Shown: positions 7,816-17,449 of the stretch, piece by piece
Layout: each line of letters begins with the position of its first letter
How positions within the stretch are numbered: the first letter of the stretch is position 1
Source: Candidatus Sericytochromatia bacterium
Lineage (GTDB): Bacteria > Cyanobacteriota > Sericytochromatia > S15B-MN24 > UBA4093
Reading direction: 5' to 3'
DNA: 64,000 nucleotides
NCBI GenBank assembly: GCA_036676495.1
Contig: JAKFCT010000020.1
Location: 1 to 64,000 of the forward strand
Position numbers and translations under genes: made by a program
The notes under the pieces: generated by a model
Told to the model about the DNA's origin: nothing
Database searches by the model: none
Seen by the model: the letters and a program-made list of their open reading frames with translations, nothing else

Positions 7816-8801
7816 TGTCCGAGCTGCGCTGGAATCCGATAGCCGAGGAATGGGTGGTCACGGCGACCCACCGCCAGGACCGGACCTTCATGCCGCCGGC
7901 GGATTACTGTCCGATCTGCCCTACGCAGCCGGGGGGCTTTCCGACGGAAGTCCCCGCCTCCACGTACGAGTTCGTGGTCTTCGAGAACAAGTTCCCCTCC
8001 TTCCGCCCCGAACCGCCCGAGCCGGCCGTCTCCGGCAGCGAGCTTTTCCCCGTTCGGCCTGCCCAGGGGATTTGCGAGGTGGTGCTGTATACGCCCGAGC
8101 ATGACACGACGCTAGCGGAGCGCTCCGTCACCGAGATCGAGCGGCTCGTGAGGGTTTGGACGGATCGTTACGTCGAGCTGGGGGCCCGTCCGGAGATCGC
8201 GTACGTCTTCATCTTCGAGAACAAGGGCGAGGCGATCGGGGTGACGCTCCACCATCCCCATGGGCAGATCTACGCGTTCAGCTACCTGCCGCCGAAAATC
8301 GAGCGGGAGCTTCAGAGTCAAGCCAAGCACTTCGCCCGCACGGGGCGCTGCCTGCACTGCGACGTGCTGGAGGAAGAACTCCGGGACGGGCGTCGGATCG
8401 TGGCGGAGAACGCGCAGTTCATCGCCCTGGTTCCCTTCTACGCCCGCTATCCCTACGAGGTTCACCTCTATGCCAAGGGGCACCTGGCTTCCCTGGCGGA
8501 GTTTGGGGCCGCGGAGCGCCTGGAGTTCGCCCGGATGCTCTCGACGGTCATGCGAACGTACGACGGGGTCTTCGGGTTTTCGCTGCCCTACATGATGGTC
8601 ATGCACCAGGCTCCCACCGATGGCCAGGATCATCCTGGCAGCCACTTCCACGTCGAGTTCTATCCCCCCAACCGCACGGCCACGAAGCTCAAGTACCTGG
8701 CGGGGTGTGAGTCGGGCGCGGGCACGTTCATCAACGACACGCTTCCCGAAGAGAAGGCCGCCGAGCTGCGGGCGATCGCCGCAAAACTCGGTTCCTCCTG
8801 A
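7815..8801 (+). CDS. galT: Galactose-1-phosphate uridylyltransferase
   Basis: ELRWNP, CPICP, FENKFP, FENKG..IGVTLHHPHGQ (HPHxQ). Confidence 0.95.
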   Translation: MSELRWNPIAEEWVVTATHRQDRTFMPPADYCPICPTQPGGFPTEVPASTYEFVVFENKFPSFRPEPPEPAVSGSELFPVRPAQGICEVVLYTPEHDTTLAERSVTEIERLVRVWTDRYVELGARPEIAYVFIFENKGEAIGVTLHHPHGQIYAFSYLPPKIERELQSQAKHFARTGRCLHCDVLEEELRDGRRIVAENAQFIALVPFYARYPYEVHLYAKGHLASLAEFGAAERLEFARMLSTVMRTYDGVFGFSLPYMMVMHQAPTDGQDHPGSHFHVEFYPPNRTATKLKYLAGCESGAGTFINDTLPEEKAAELRAIAAKLGSS

Positions 8802-8804
8802 GGG

Positions 8805-8833
8805 AGGTCGCTTGCCATGGCGGCAAGCGACCT
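8805..8833. terminator. Hairpin between convergent genes
   Basis: AGGTCGCTTGCC-N5-GGCAAGCGACCT. Confidence 0.6.
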
Positions 8834-8893
8834 TGACGGGCGAATCAGGACGCCCGGGGGGAATGGCCCGTGGCCCTCGGGGTTCGTGACGGG

Positions 8894-9382
8894 CTAGTAC
8901 CCGCCGCCGCCACCGCCGCCACCCATGCCGCCGCCGCCGCCCCAGCCGCCGTGGTCACGGTGATCGCGGCGCATGCGAATGACGATCGAGCGGCCGCCGA
9001 ATCGGGGGGAGTAGTAGGCCGGGACGTAGTAGTAGGTGGGATCATAGTAGTTGTAGTAGGGAACGTAGTAGGGATAGTTGGTCGGGACGTAGGTCGGGTA
9101 GTAGTAAGGAACGAAGTAGGGCACGTTGGCGATCAGGATCCGGCGGAACCGGAAGCGATGCCCCCGGCGGAAGGCGTACTGCTGCGTCTCGAAGGCTTCG
9201 TCGAGATTCTGAGGGGCCACCAGCTCGTTCGCGCTGGCCTGTCTGGGCAGCTCCACGACCGGGGCGTTGGCCTCGCTCGCCGGGTTCTGGCCGGTCGGCT
9301 GGGTCGGAGCCGTCGCGCTGCACCCCACCATGCTGGCTGCCATCAGCCCCAGGATCCCCGTCTTCACCACCTGTTTGATCAT
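8894..9382 (-). CDS. Tyr/Pro-rich lipoprotein with Gly-rich tail
   Basis: Lipobox MVGC; GGAGG RBS. Confidence 0.75.
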   Translation of the reverse strand: MIKQVVKTGILGLMAASMVGCSATAPTQPTGQNPASEANAPVVELPRQASANELVAPQNLDEAFETQQYAFRRGHRFRFRRILIANVPYFVPYYYPTYVPTNYPYYVPYYNYYDPTYYYVPAYYSPRFGGRSIVIRMRRDHRDHGGWGGGGGMGGGGGGGGY

Positions 9383-9760
9383 GTCGTCCTCCCTCGGTAA
9401 ACCCTCTGGATACAGGGGGAACGATAGGCTCCGGGGGTCCCCATGCGCATGGCCCTTCTTCCCAAACTATCGCCCGAATCTTGGCTGCAACTGAGGTGAG
9501 AAGCTATCCCCCGACGATCGGCTACAGCCCCTCGCTCCCGTTCGGGAAGGGAGGCTTCCGGAAATCGACGAAGAAACTCGGCAAAGCGGAGGAAATCCTC
9601 CCGTCGAGGTCCTCGCAAGCTTCTCCGGCGCGGCCGGCCCGAAAACGCCCGACATGGCCCGCCATCATTGACCTTCCGACAAACTAGCGCTCGTTGTACA
9701 GAGCAAGCCCTTGCACCATACTCGAACCGTTCATCCCTCCCTCTCCCAGGAGGTCAACCG

Positions 9761-10540
9761 ATGTTCGAGAAAAATCGACGCCGTTCCATTTTGGTGCTTG
9801 CTCTGGGGGTCCTGGCGGGCTGTGCCTTGCCGCCGTCCACTGCCCCCTCGGTCGAGATTCCCCGGGAATCGCGCCCGGCCCTGCCCGCCCCCGAGGACCA
9901 GGGACCCGAGGCTGCGCTGGCTCCCTTCATCATCAGCCAGGCCACCAGCACGGAAGGCAGCGATCCCCTGGCCGCCCTCAACCTGACGGCCGATCAGCGA
10001 AAACAGCTCGAAGCGATCGGGCGAGACGCTCCGCAGAACGACCGTCCAGCAGCCGTCCAGAAACTCCTCCTCGCTCCTCAAATTGACGTTCAAGCCCTCA
10101 AGGCGATGCTGAGCGAGAGCGAGGCGGAGATCTCCCGCTCCGTCGACAATCTGATGAAAGTCCGCAACATCCTCACTCCGCAACAGCGCGAGCAAGTCGT
10201 CCAGGCCCTCAATCGGGAGCCCGAAGCCACGTCCCAGAGCGGGAACGAGACCGAGTTGCAGGAGTTCCAGAAGCAACTGAACCTCACGGCCGAGCAGACC
10301 CGGCTCTTCAGGGCCATGGTCACGGCCATGCAAAGCCATCAGCAGGCGCAGAGCCGCCCCATGCGCGAGGCCTACGCCAGCCTCATGACCCGCGGGGACG
10401 CGGAGGCCTACCGCCAAGCCATGCTGGCCTCGAACCGCAGCGTGCCGACCGACGCGCTGATCGCGTTCTACAGCAGCTTGACGCAGGCGCAGCGACAGAA
10501 GCTCTTCGGCTCCGAGGCCACTCCCCGTTCGGGATCCTGA
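9761..10540 (+). CDS. Spy/CpxP-like (LTxxQ) lipoprotein
   Basis: LAGC lipobox; LNLTADQ, ILTPQQR, LNLTAEQ, SLTQAQR; AGGAGGT RBS. Confidence 0.8.
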   Translation: MFEKNRRRSILVLALGVLAGCALPPSTAPSVEIPRESRPALPAPEDQGPEAALAPFIISQATSTEGSDPLAALNLTADQRKQLEAIGRDAPQNDRPAAVQKLLLAPQIDVQALKAMLSESEAEISRSVDNLMKVRNILTPQQREQVVQALNREPEATSQSGNETELQEFQKQLNLTAEQTRLFRAMVTAMQSHQQAQSRPMREAYASLMTRGDAEAYRQAMLASNRSVPTDALIAFYSSLTQAQRQKLFGSEATPRSGS

Positions 10541-10586
10541 ACGGGTGGTTCAGGATCCGAGCCTCCCGCGCTCGCGGGAGGCTCGG
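10532..10586. terminator. Two adjacent hairpins
   Basis: GGATCCTGAAC/GTTCAGGATCC and CCGAGCCTCCCGCG/CGCGGGAGGCTCGG. Confidence 0.55.
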
Positions 10587-10589
10587 AAA

Positions 10590-10618
10590 TTGACAAGCGT
10601 CCTCCCGCCTCCTAGCAT
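10590..10618 (+). promoter_or_regulatory. Sigma70-like promoter for galK
   Basis: TTGACA-N17-TAGCAT. Confidence 0.55.
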
Positions 10619-10647
10619 GAGCCCATCGTCGCGGAAAGGATGCCACC

Positions 10648-11847
10648 TTGCAAAACGCCCTGCTTCCCGTCCCGGCCGAAAGCGTCGTGGCGGCGTGTCG
10701 CCGGCTCTTCGGTCCCCCCGAGATCACCGCCCGGGCTCCCGGCCGCGTGAACCTGATCGGAGAGCATACCGACTACAACGACGGCTTCGTCTTCCCGGCG
10801 GCCATCGACCGCGAGGTGGTCGTGGCCGCACGCCGACGGGACGATCGCATGGTGCGGCTCTACTCCGAGAACTTCGCCGAGGAAAGCACGTTCGACCTCG
10901 ACGCCTTCGCGCGCGTCCCCGCGGAAAAGGGCGCCCCCACATGGAGCAACTACGTCCGCGGCATCGTCCGGATCCTGCTCGATGCCGGCCATCCCCTGCA
11001 CGGCTTCGAGGCGGCGATCGGCGGGAACGTCCCCGAAGGAGCCGGCCTCAGCTCCAGCGCCGCCTTCGAGGTCTCCCTCCTCACCGCCTTGAACGCCCTC
11101 TTCGGGCTGGGGTTGCCCGCCAAGGAGATCGCGCTCTTGGCGCAGCGGGCCGAGAACCAGTTCGTCGGAGTGGCCTGCGGCATCATGGACCAGTTCATTT
11201 CGGCGCTGGGCCGGCGCGATCACGCCCTGCTCATCGATTGCCGGAGCTTGGAGACGCGCGCGGTCCCGCTCCAGCTGGAAGCGCGGGGGGTGGCGATCGC
11301 CATCCTCGACTCCGGCGTGCGCCGCGGCCTGGTCGACTCCAAGTTCAACGCCCGCCGAGGGGAGTGCGAGGATGCCGTCCGTCGCCTCAAAACGCTCCTG
11401 GGACGCGCGGAGATTCGCGCCCTGCGCGACGTCAGCCCCCTGGAGTTCAATGCCGTGGCCCGCGAGCTTCCCGACGACATCCGCGCCCGGGCCCGCCACG
11501 TCATCTCGGAGAACGAGCGCGTCCTCCGGGGCGTGGAGGCCCTGGAAGAGGGCAACCTCGCCATCTTCGGCAAGCTCATGAACCAGTCCCACCAGAGCCT
11601 CAAGGACGATTTCAACGTCTCGATCCCTCAGCTCGATCTCCTGGCCTCCCTGGCCCAGAAGGTGCCGGGCGTGCTCGGAGCGCGCATGACCGGCGCGGGC
11701 TTCGGAGGCTGCACGGTCAACCTCGTCGAGGTCAAGGCCCTGCCGGCCTTCCGGGATACCGTTCTGAACGCCTACCGGGAGCGCGCCGGCCTGGAGGCCA
11801 CGCTCTGGGTCTGCGACGCCGTCGACGGCGCCTCGCTCATCACTTGA
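10648..11847 (+). CDS. galK: Galactokinase
   Basis: APGRVNLIGEHTDYNDG, GAGLSSSAA, CGIMDQ, GARMTGAGFGG. Confidence 0.97.
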   Translation: MQNALLPVPAESVVAACRRLFGPPEITARAPGRVNLIGEHTDYNDGFVFPAAIDREVVVAARRRDDRMVRLYSENFAEESTFDLDAFARVPAEKGAPTWSNYVRGIVRILLDAGHPLHGFEAAIGGNVPEGAGLSSSAAFEVSLLTALNALFGLGLPAKEIALLAQRAENQFVGVACGIMDQFISALGRRDHALLIDCRSLETRAVPLQLEARGVAIAILDSGVRRGLVDSKFNARRGECEDAVRRLKTLLGRAEIRALRDVSPLEFNAVARELPDDIRARARHVISENERVLRGVEALEEGNLAIFGKLMNQSHQSLKDDFNVSIPQLDLLASLAQKVPGVLGARMTGAGFGGCTVNLVEVKALPAFRDTVLNAYRERAGLEATLWVCDAVDGASLIT

Positions 11848-13336
11848 TCAGGGCGTAGGTCCCGGTGAGCTCGGCCTCGGCGAGGACGTGGCCTTCCATG
11901 GCCGCGAGCAGCTCGGACTTCGAGCAGCCTTCTCCGACGTCCAGGTGCGCATCGAGGGCATAGAGCTTGAACCGGTAGCGATGCGTCCCCCGGGTCGGGC
12001 ATGGGCCGCCGTACCCGACGTCCCCGAAGTCGTTGAGGCCCTCGCGGCTCGTGGCCTCGAGGCCCCGGGTCCCTTCGGGGAGCATGCCGGCCTCCGGAGG
12101 CAGGTTATACAGCACCCAGTGCACCCAGACCTTCGCCGGGGCATCGGGATCGTCCACCACCAGGGCCATGGCGCGGGCGTCCTCCGGGACACCGCTCCAC
12201 GCGAGGGGCGGCGAGACGTTCTCCCCCTCGCAGGTGTACTTGGACGGGATATGCCCTCCGTTCGGGAAGGCGTCACTCTTCAGATCCATCTTCACCTCCT
12301 TGCGCAAAACCCACCCCTCGGGCGAGACGAGCGGGCGCGTTCCCAGCGCGCGGCAAAACGCCTCGAAGCGCCGTCCGATCCACGCGCGCGCCTCGGTCTC
12401 GGCCGGCAATACGACCCCATGGCGGATCTCGACGGGCATGGCCGCGACCTCCGCGATCCCGCGGGCGGCGAGCGTCACGGTGAAAAGCAGCTGCCGGTCG
12501 TTTCGGTAGGTGGAGTCGACGGCGTAATCATCCACGAAATCCCCGGTGGAGTAGAGGATCGCCGCGTCTTCGACGAGCTCCACCCCCTGGAAGTGATGCG
12601 GGCTATGCCCCCAGACCACGCTCGCCCCTTCCGCGACGCAGCCTCGCGCCAGGCGCCGAATCTCGGGGGAGACCTCGGGGGCCCAGTTGGGCTGCCAGTG
12701 AAAGGAGACCACCCGCCAACTCGCCAGGCGGCGCGCCTCCCCGAGATCATGGCGCAGGGTCGCCCAGGCGCCTTCGAGGTCGGCGAGGTCGAGGTAGCGG
12801 ATGCCCGGCCTGGTGGGCGTCGCGGCGAAGTCCTCCTGGTGATTGCAGTAGGCGAGGAAGGCGATGGGGCCCGAGGGGGAGTCGACGATCGCGGGTCGGG
12901 AAGCCTCCTCCAGGGTCATGCCGGCCCCCGCGTGGGCGATTCCTTGCTCGTCGAGCAGGCGTAAGGTGTCCTGGAGGCCCAATTCCCCGGCGTCCAGGGC
13001 GTGGTTGTTGGCGAGCGAGACGACCCGGACGCCGGCAGCCTTGAGGATCCGGGCGGCCACGGGCCTCGCCTTGAACATGAAGGCCTTCGGGGGGCCTTCG
13101 TACCAGGTCTCGCGGTCGGTGAGGGCGCATTCCAGGTTGACGGCGACGAGATCCGCCCGGTCGAGCCATGGCTGGAGGGGCGTGAAGGGCGATCGCCCCT
13201 CCCGCAGGAACCAGTCGTTCATCAGGCGCCCCAGCATGACGTCTCCGCCCAGCACCATGCGCATGGCCGCTCCTCCGTAGGCAAGCGGGGGAAGGAGCGC
13301 CCTCCGCGTCGTTGTCGGGAGGGCGAGGGCGATCAT
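11840..13336 (-). CDS. CapA (PGA_cap) metallophosphoesterase fused in frame to a YbhB/YbcL (PEBP) domain
   Basis: GDVMLGR, VNLEC, LANNHALD, HW, GHSPH, YSTGDF, then DPDAP..WVHW, YGGPCP..GTHRY; internal AGGAGGTG RBS before ATG 12289. Confidence 0.85.
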   Translation of the reverse strand: MIALALPTTTRRALLPPLAYGGAAMRMVLGGDVMLGRLMNDWFLREGRSPFTPLQPWLDRADLVAVNLECALTDRETWYEGPPKAFMFKARPVAARILKAAGVRVVSLANNHALDAGELGLQDTLRLLDEQGIAHAGAGMTLEEASRPAIVDSPSGPIAFLAYCNHQEDFAATPTRPGIRYLDLADLEGAWATLRHDLGEARRLASWRVVSFHWQPNWAPEVSPEIRRLARGCVAEGASVVWGHSPHHFQGVELVEDAAILYSTGDFVDDYAVDSTYRNDRQLLFTVTLAARGIAEVAAMPVEIRHGVVLPAETEARAWIGRRFEAFCRALGTRPLVSPEGWVLRKEVKMDLKSDAFPNGGHIPSKYTCEGENVSPPLAWSGVPEDARAMALVVDDPDAPAKVWVHWVLYNLPPEAGMLPEGTRGLEATSREGLNDFGDVGYGGPCPTRGTHRYRFKLYALDAHLDVGEGCSKSELLAAMEGHVLAEAELTGTYALIK

Positions 13337-13424
13337 GGCGCGTCCGAACGCGGAGCACCTCGTCTAGGGGGGACGAATCGGCAGCAGGAACAGGGGCCGG
13401 AGAGCCCGAGCGACGCCCGGAGGC

Positions 13425-13516
13425 TAGCGCCCGCGGTTGTTGCGAAAGGCAGCGAGCGTTAAGCGAGAACCACATGGATAGAGGCAGAAAGTCAACGCTC
13501 GCTGTCCTGCAGCAAC
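13425..13516. repeat. Repeat-family element with long imperfect hairpin
   Basis: TAGCGCCCGCGGTTGTTGCGAAAGGCAGCGA resembles 62862-62892; 13436-13462 pairs imperfectly with 13492-13516. Confidence 0.6.
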
Positions 13517-13526
13517 GACGATCGCT

Positions 13527-13892
13527 CTAGGCTTCGGGAGCCGCTCCCAAGAGGCAGCGGCACATCTTATGGCCCTTCATGGGGCCGTGGAAGGGGGGAA
13601 GGTTGGCGGCGAGCAGCTTGGGCTCGGAGAGCGGGATCAGCTTGCCGTCGCGCGCGAGGCATTTCTTGCAGCAGTTGGCGTCCCGGCTGACCCAAATTCG
13701 GGCGGCGCGGACGTCCGAAGGCGGGATGTAGAGGCTCATCACGTCCAGCATGCGGGTCCAGAGCTCGTCGGCGAGTTCCGGCTGCTTGGCCATCCGCTCC
13801 TCCATCGCGGTCTGGAACTCCAGGGCGTAATCGGCCCATTTGAAGTCCGGCAGCGAGAGGGGAGTCGACTCGGGGGCTTTCTTCTCGGTCAT
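13527..13892 (-). CDS. Hypothetical protein with Mu gpF-like Cys/His motif
   Basis: CKKCLARDG...LPPFH...CRC. Confidence 0.65.
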   Translation of the reverse strand: MTEKKAPESTPLSLPDFKWADYALEFQTAMEERMAKQPELADELWTRMLDVMSLYIPPSDVRAARIWVSRDANCCKKCLARDGKLIPLSEPKLLAANLPPFHGPMKGHKMCRCLLGAAPEA

Positions 13893-13903
13893 GGACGCGT
13901 CCT

Positions 13904-15598
13904 CTAGAACCGTGGCTGGCGACGGACCAGGTCGTAGTCGCCGGTGGGGGGCACGACGCTCAGGGCGAGGCCCGAAACCGACGCCGGTTGACGCTGTCCA
14001 TCCGGCGGTAGGCGGAAGTGAGTCACCTCGTTGGCATCGAGGAAGATCACCTGGTTCTCGCCCGAGACGGTGGCCTGCGCCCCGGCGATGGTGACGGCGT
14101 TATCCGGCATGAGGCCGATGGCCAGGGCGCGATCGCCCATCAACTGCATGCGGATCAGCCGCTCCATGGAGTCCCCGTACCAGAAGGCTTTGTCGGCCAC
14201 GACCTGGGGGACCAGTTTCAGGCCCGGCAAGGCCTGGTAGCTATCCGTTCCGAGCTCACCGAAGATCGCGCGCTCCCCCACGATGCGCACCGCCGTGCCC
14301 ACGGCGGCGATGGGGACGCGCTTCCCGTACTCGTGAAGGTAGGCGCTGAGACGGCCGTCATTGGCGAGCAAGGACTTGAGAAGCGAACCTCGCGCATCCT
14401 CGAGGAACATGATGCCCGTCGCATGCTGCAACGCCACTCCCAGCCCCTGCTCCGAGAGCTCCATGGCCATGAAGTTGATGACTTGGGCGGATCCCAGGCG
14501 CATGAGATAGGACTTCCACATCTTGGTGCCCTGGGTGGCGTCATCTCCGGCCAGGAGCAGGATCCGGGCGCCGTTGCCTCCGCTCGCGCGGACGAAGTCC
14601 CCGAGGGGACCGGGCTGCTTGCGGGGGACGTCGGTGCCGGCGAGGACGACGAAGGGGCTTTGCGGGGGAACGGCCTTGCCGGGCTCCAGGGGCTGTGCGG
14701 TGGGAATGGCGCGGACCTTTCGAATGTACGTGTCTCCGGCGACGACCCGGTGAAGCTTGGCGCGTCCGATCGAGAACGGCTGGTTCGGGCCGCTCTGCTG
14801 GGCGTTGTGGGCCGTGACCGTGTCGGTCTCGATCATGGTGGCCGCGCCGGTTCCCAGGACCTGGATGGCCTCGGAGGTGACCTTGGCGGCCGTGGCCTCG
14901 TCGAGGCCCATGCCGGAGGCTCCCGGGATGGCCGCGGTGGCGAGCAAGAGGCGTCCCAGGCGCTGCTGTTCGGAGAAATGGGTGTCGACCACCAACTTCT
15001 CCCAAAGGTTGAGGCCGGGCCTGAGCTCCAGGCCCGGGATACCGCTCGGATCCCGGCTGAACCCGTACTTCATGGCTCCCAGGCTGGTGCCATTGGCGAT
15101 GAACTCAGGCCCCCAGACCATGGCCCCGGCGCTGGTCCCGGCGATCACCGCCCGGCGCTGCCAAGCGGTCTGAAGGGAGCCGTGCACGGCGGTATTGGAA
15201 AGCACGTTCACCAGGCGATTCTGGTCTCCGCCGGTGAAGTAGAGGAGGTCTCCGCGGGCGATGTCCTTGACCGGCGCCAGGTCGTTGGCGGTCTGGCGGT
15301 CATGCAAGGGCAGGGAGTCGACCAGCGTCATGCCGAGCTGGCCGAAGTAATGCTTGTAGGCGAGCCCCGCCTGCATGGGGTCGCTCGAGGCCGTCGGGAA
15401 GACGATGACCCGGCGGTCCTTGCCGCCGGACAGGTCGATCACGGCCTGCGTGATCTCGGGACGCTCGGTTCCGCCGCCGATGGCCACGAAGACGCCCCCA
15501 GGTTCCGCGGTCTGGGCGTGCAAGGGGCTGGGGCCCGGCAATACGGCCGCGCTCAGGGCCACGAGGCCTACGATACTGCGTTGAAAAGCGGGGTTCAA
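13904..15598 (-). CDS. Secreted cyanophycinase-like peptidase S51 with a second degenerate domain
   Basis: Signal peptide; IGGG, PTAS, FTGGDQ, GTSAG, DTHF..RLGRL, GLDEAT. Confidence 0.85.
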   Translation of the reverse strand: MNPAFQRSIVGLVALSAAVLPGPSPLHAQTAEPGGVFVAIGGGTERPEITQAVIDLSGGKDRRVIVFPTASSDPMQAGLAYKHYFGQLGMTLVDSLPLHDRQTANDLAPVKDIARGDLLYFTGGDQNRLVNVLSNTAVHGSLQTAWQRRAVIAGTSAGAMVWGPEFIANGTSLGAMKYGFSRDPSGIPGLELRPGLNLWEKLVVDTHFSEQQRLGRLLLATAAIPGASGMGLDEATAAKVTSEAIQVLGTGAATMIETDTVTAHNAQQSGPNQPFSIGRAKLHRVVAGDTYIRKVRAIPTAQPLEPGKAVPPQSPFVVLAGTDVPRKQPGPLGDFVRASGGNGARILLLAGDDATQGTKMWKSYLMRLGSAQVINFMAMELSEQGLGVALQHATGIMFLEDARGSLLKSLLANDGRLSAYLHEYGKRVPIAAVGTAVRIVGERAIFGELGTDSYQALPGLKLVPQVVADKAFWYGDSMERLIRMQLMGDRALAIGLMPDNAVTIAGAQATVSGENQVIFLDANEVTHFRLPPDGQRQPASVSGLALSVVPPTGDYDLVRRQPRF

Positions 15599-15787
15599 CC
15601 TACTCCCTTTCTGGTCGTCGGCTCCAGACGGTTCTTACCCCTTTCGGAGCTTTCCTACACGGGCTCGCCCGGATGCCGGTCATCGCGGGCGGAAGGGTCC
15701 TTCCATTATAGCGGCCTTGCGCGCCTCGGCCGCCCGTGGGTAGCATGGACGCACGCCCCCTTCCGGAACCGACGAGAGGAGTCCGAG

Positions 15788-17314
15788 ATGCCCGAAACCT
15801 TCGTTCTCGCCATCGACCAGGGAACCACCGGCTCGACGGTGCTGCTCTTCGACCACCAGGCCAAGGTCGTGGGGCGCGCGTACCGGGAGGTGACCCAGCA
15901 CTACCCCGAGCCCGGCTGGGTGGAGCATGATGCCCAGGAGATCTGGGACGGCGTGCGCGACGCTATCGGGGAGTGCCTGCGCAACGCCGGGGTGGAGGCC
16001 CGGGCGGTGGCGGCCATCGGGATCACCAACCAGCGCGAGACCGTGGTGATGTGGGATCGCCGGACCGGCAAGCCCGTCCATCGGGCCATCGTCTGGCAAT
16101 GCCGCCGGACGGCCGCCATGTGCGACGCCCTCACCGAGGCGGGGCATCTCGACGCCTTTGCCGCCAAGACCGGGCTCTTGCTCGACGCCTACTTCTCGGG
16201 GACCAAGGTCTCCTGGCTGCTCGATCACGTCTCCGGCCTGCGGGAGCGGGCCGAACGCGGCGATATCGCCTTCGGCACCATCGACTCCTGGCTGATCTGG
16301 AACCTCACGGGGGGCCGGCGCCACGTCACGGATCCCTCCAATGCCAGCCGCACGCTGCTCTTCAACCTCAACACGCTCGACTGGGATCCGGAGATCCTGG
16401 ACACCCTGCGGATCCCCCGGGCCGTCCTTCCCGAGTTGGTCCCCAACTCGGGCCCGATCGCGACCACCGCCGAGCTGGGCGTGCTGCCGGAGGGCCTCGT
16501 GATCTCCGGGTCGGCCGGAGACCAGCAAGCCGCGCTCTTCGGACAGCGCTGCTTCAAGGAGGGGCAGGCCAAGAACACCTACGGCACCGGCTGCTTCCTG
16601 CTACTCAACACGGGCTCGCGCCCGGTCTTCTCGCGAAACCGCCTGCTGACCACCATTGCCTGGCAGATTGGAGATGAGGTGAGCTACGCGCTGGAAGGCA
16701 GCATCTTCATGGCGGGGGCGACCGTGCACTGGCTGCGCGATCAGCTGGGGATCATCCAGCAGGCGTCCGAGACGGAGGCGATCGCCCGGACCCTGCCCGA
16801 CAACGGAGGCGTCTACCTGGTTCCGGCCTTCGTGGGGCTGGGGGCTCCCCAGTGGGACGCTTACGCCCGCGGCTCCATCGTCGGCCTGACCCGGGGCACC
16901 GGGCGCGCGCACCTGGTGCGGGCGGCCCTCGAAGCCATGGCCTACCAGACCCGGGATCTGGTCACATGCATGGAAGCCGACACCGGCAAGACGCTGGAGT
17001 TCCTCAGCGTGGACGGAGGAGCGGCCGCCAACGACTTCGTGCTGGAGTTCGTGGCCGACATGCTGGACGTCCCGGTGCTGCGCGGAGAGACCCTCGAGAC
17101 GACTGCCCTCGGAGCGGCCCTCCTCGCGGGGCTCGGAAGCGGCTACTGGTCCTCGCTCTCGGAGCTGCCGACCGGTGGAGAGCTTCAACGCTTCTCGCCG
17201 CACATGGCGTCCGAGACCCGCGAGCGCCTCTACGCGGACTGGCTGCGGGCCGTGGAGCGCGCCGAAGGCTGGATCCGGCCCGAAACTGCCCAGCGGGATC
17301 CCGTCAGTCCCTGA
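15788..17314 (+). CDS. glpK: Glycerol kinase
   Basis: AIDQGTTGS, GITNQRET, GDQQAALFG, KNTYGTG. Confidence 0.97.
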   Translation: MPETFVLAIDQGTTGSTVLLFDHQAKVVGRAYREVTQHYPEPGWVEHDAQEIWDGVRDAIGECLRNAGVEARAVAAIGITNQRETVVMWDRRTGKPVHRAIVWQCRRTAAMCDALTEAGHLDAFAAKTGLLLDAYFSGTKVSWLLDHVSGLRERAERGDIAFGTIDSWLIWNLTGGRRHVTDPSNASRTLLFNLNTLDWDPEILDTLRIPRAVLPELVPNSGPIATTAELGVLPEGLVISGSAGDQQAALFGQRCFKEGQAKNTYGTGCFLLLNTGSRPVFSRNRLLTTIAWQIGDEVSYALEGSIFMAGATVHWLRDQLGIIQQASETEAIARTLPDNGGVYLVPAFVGLGAPQWDAYARGSIVGLTRGTGRAHLVRAALEAMAYQTRDLVTCMEADTGKTLEFLSVDGGAAANDFVLEFVADMLDVPVLRGETLETTALGAALLAGLGSGYWSSLSELPTGGELQRFSPHMASETRERLYADWLRAVERAEGWIRPETAQRDPVSP

Positions 17315-17449
17315 GGCCATGCGCGTGGGCGCGGGGCCCTTAAAGTCTTAAATCAACCTTAAACTTAATCGAAGCAAGACCTGAGATTAATCCCGTCATA
17401 ACCTCTAGGACACCAATCGCAATGATGAGTTGAATGGAGGTTCGGATAC

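Noticed and set aside
14018-15787. 1098-aa ORF suggesting a long N-terminal extension on GlpK
   Set aside because: The extension is the antisense shadow of the cyanophycinase gene; glpK has its own GAGGAG RBS and ATG at 15788.
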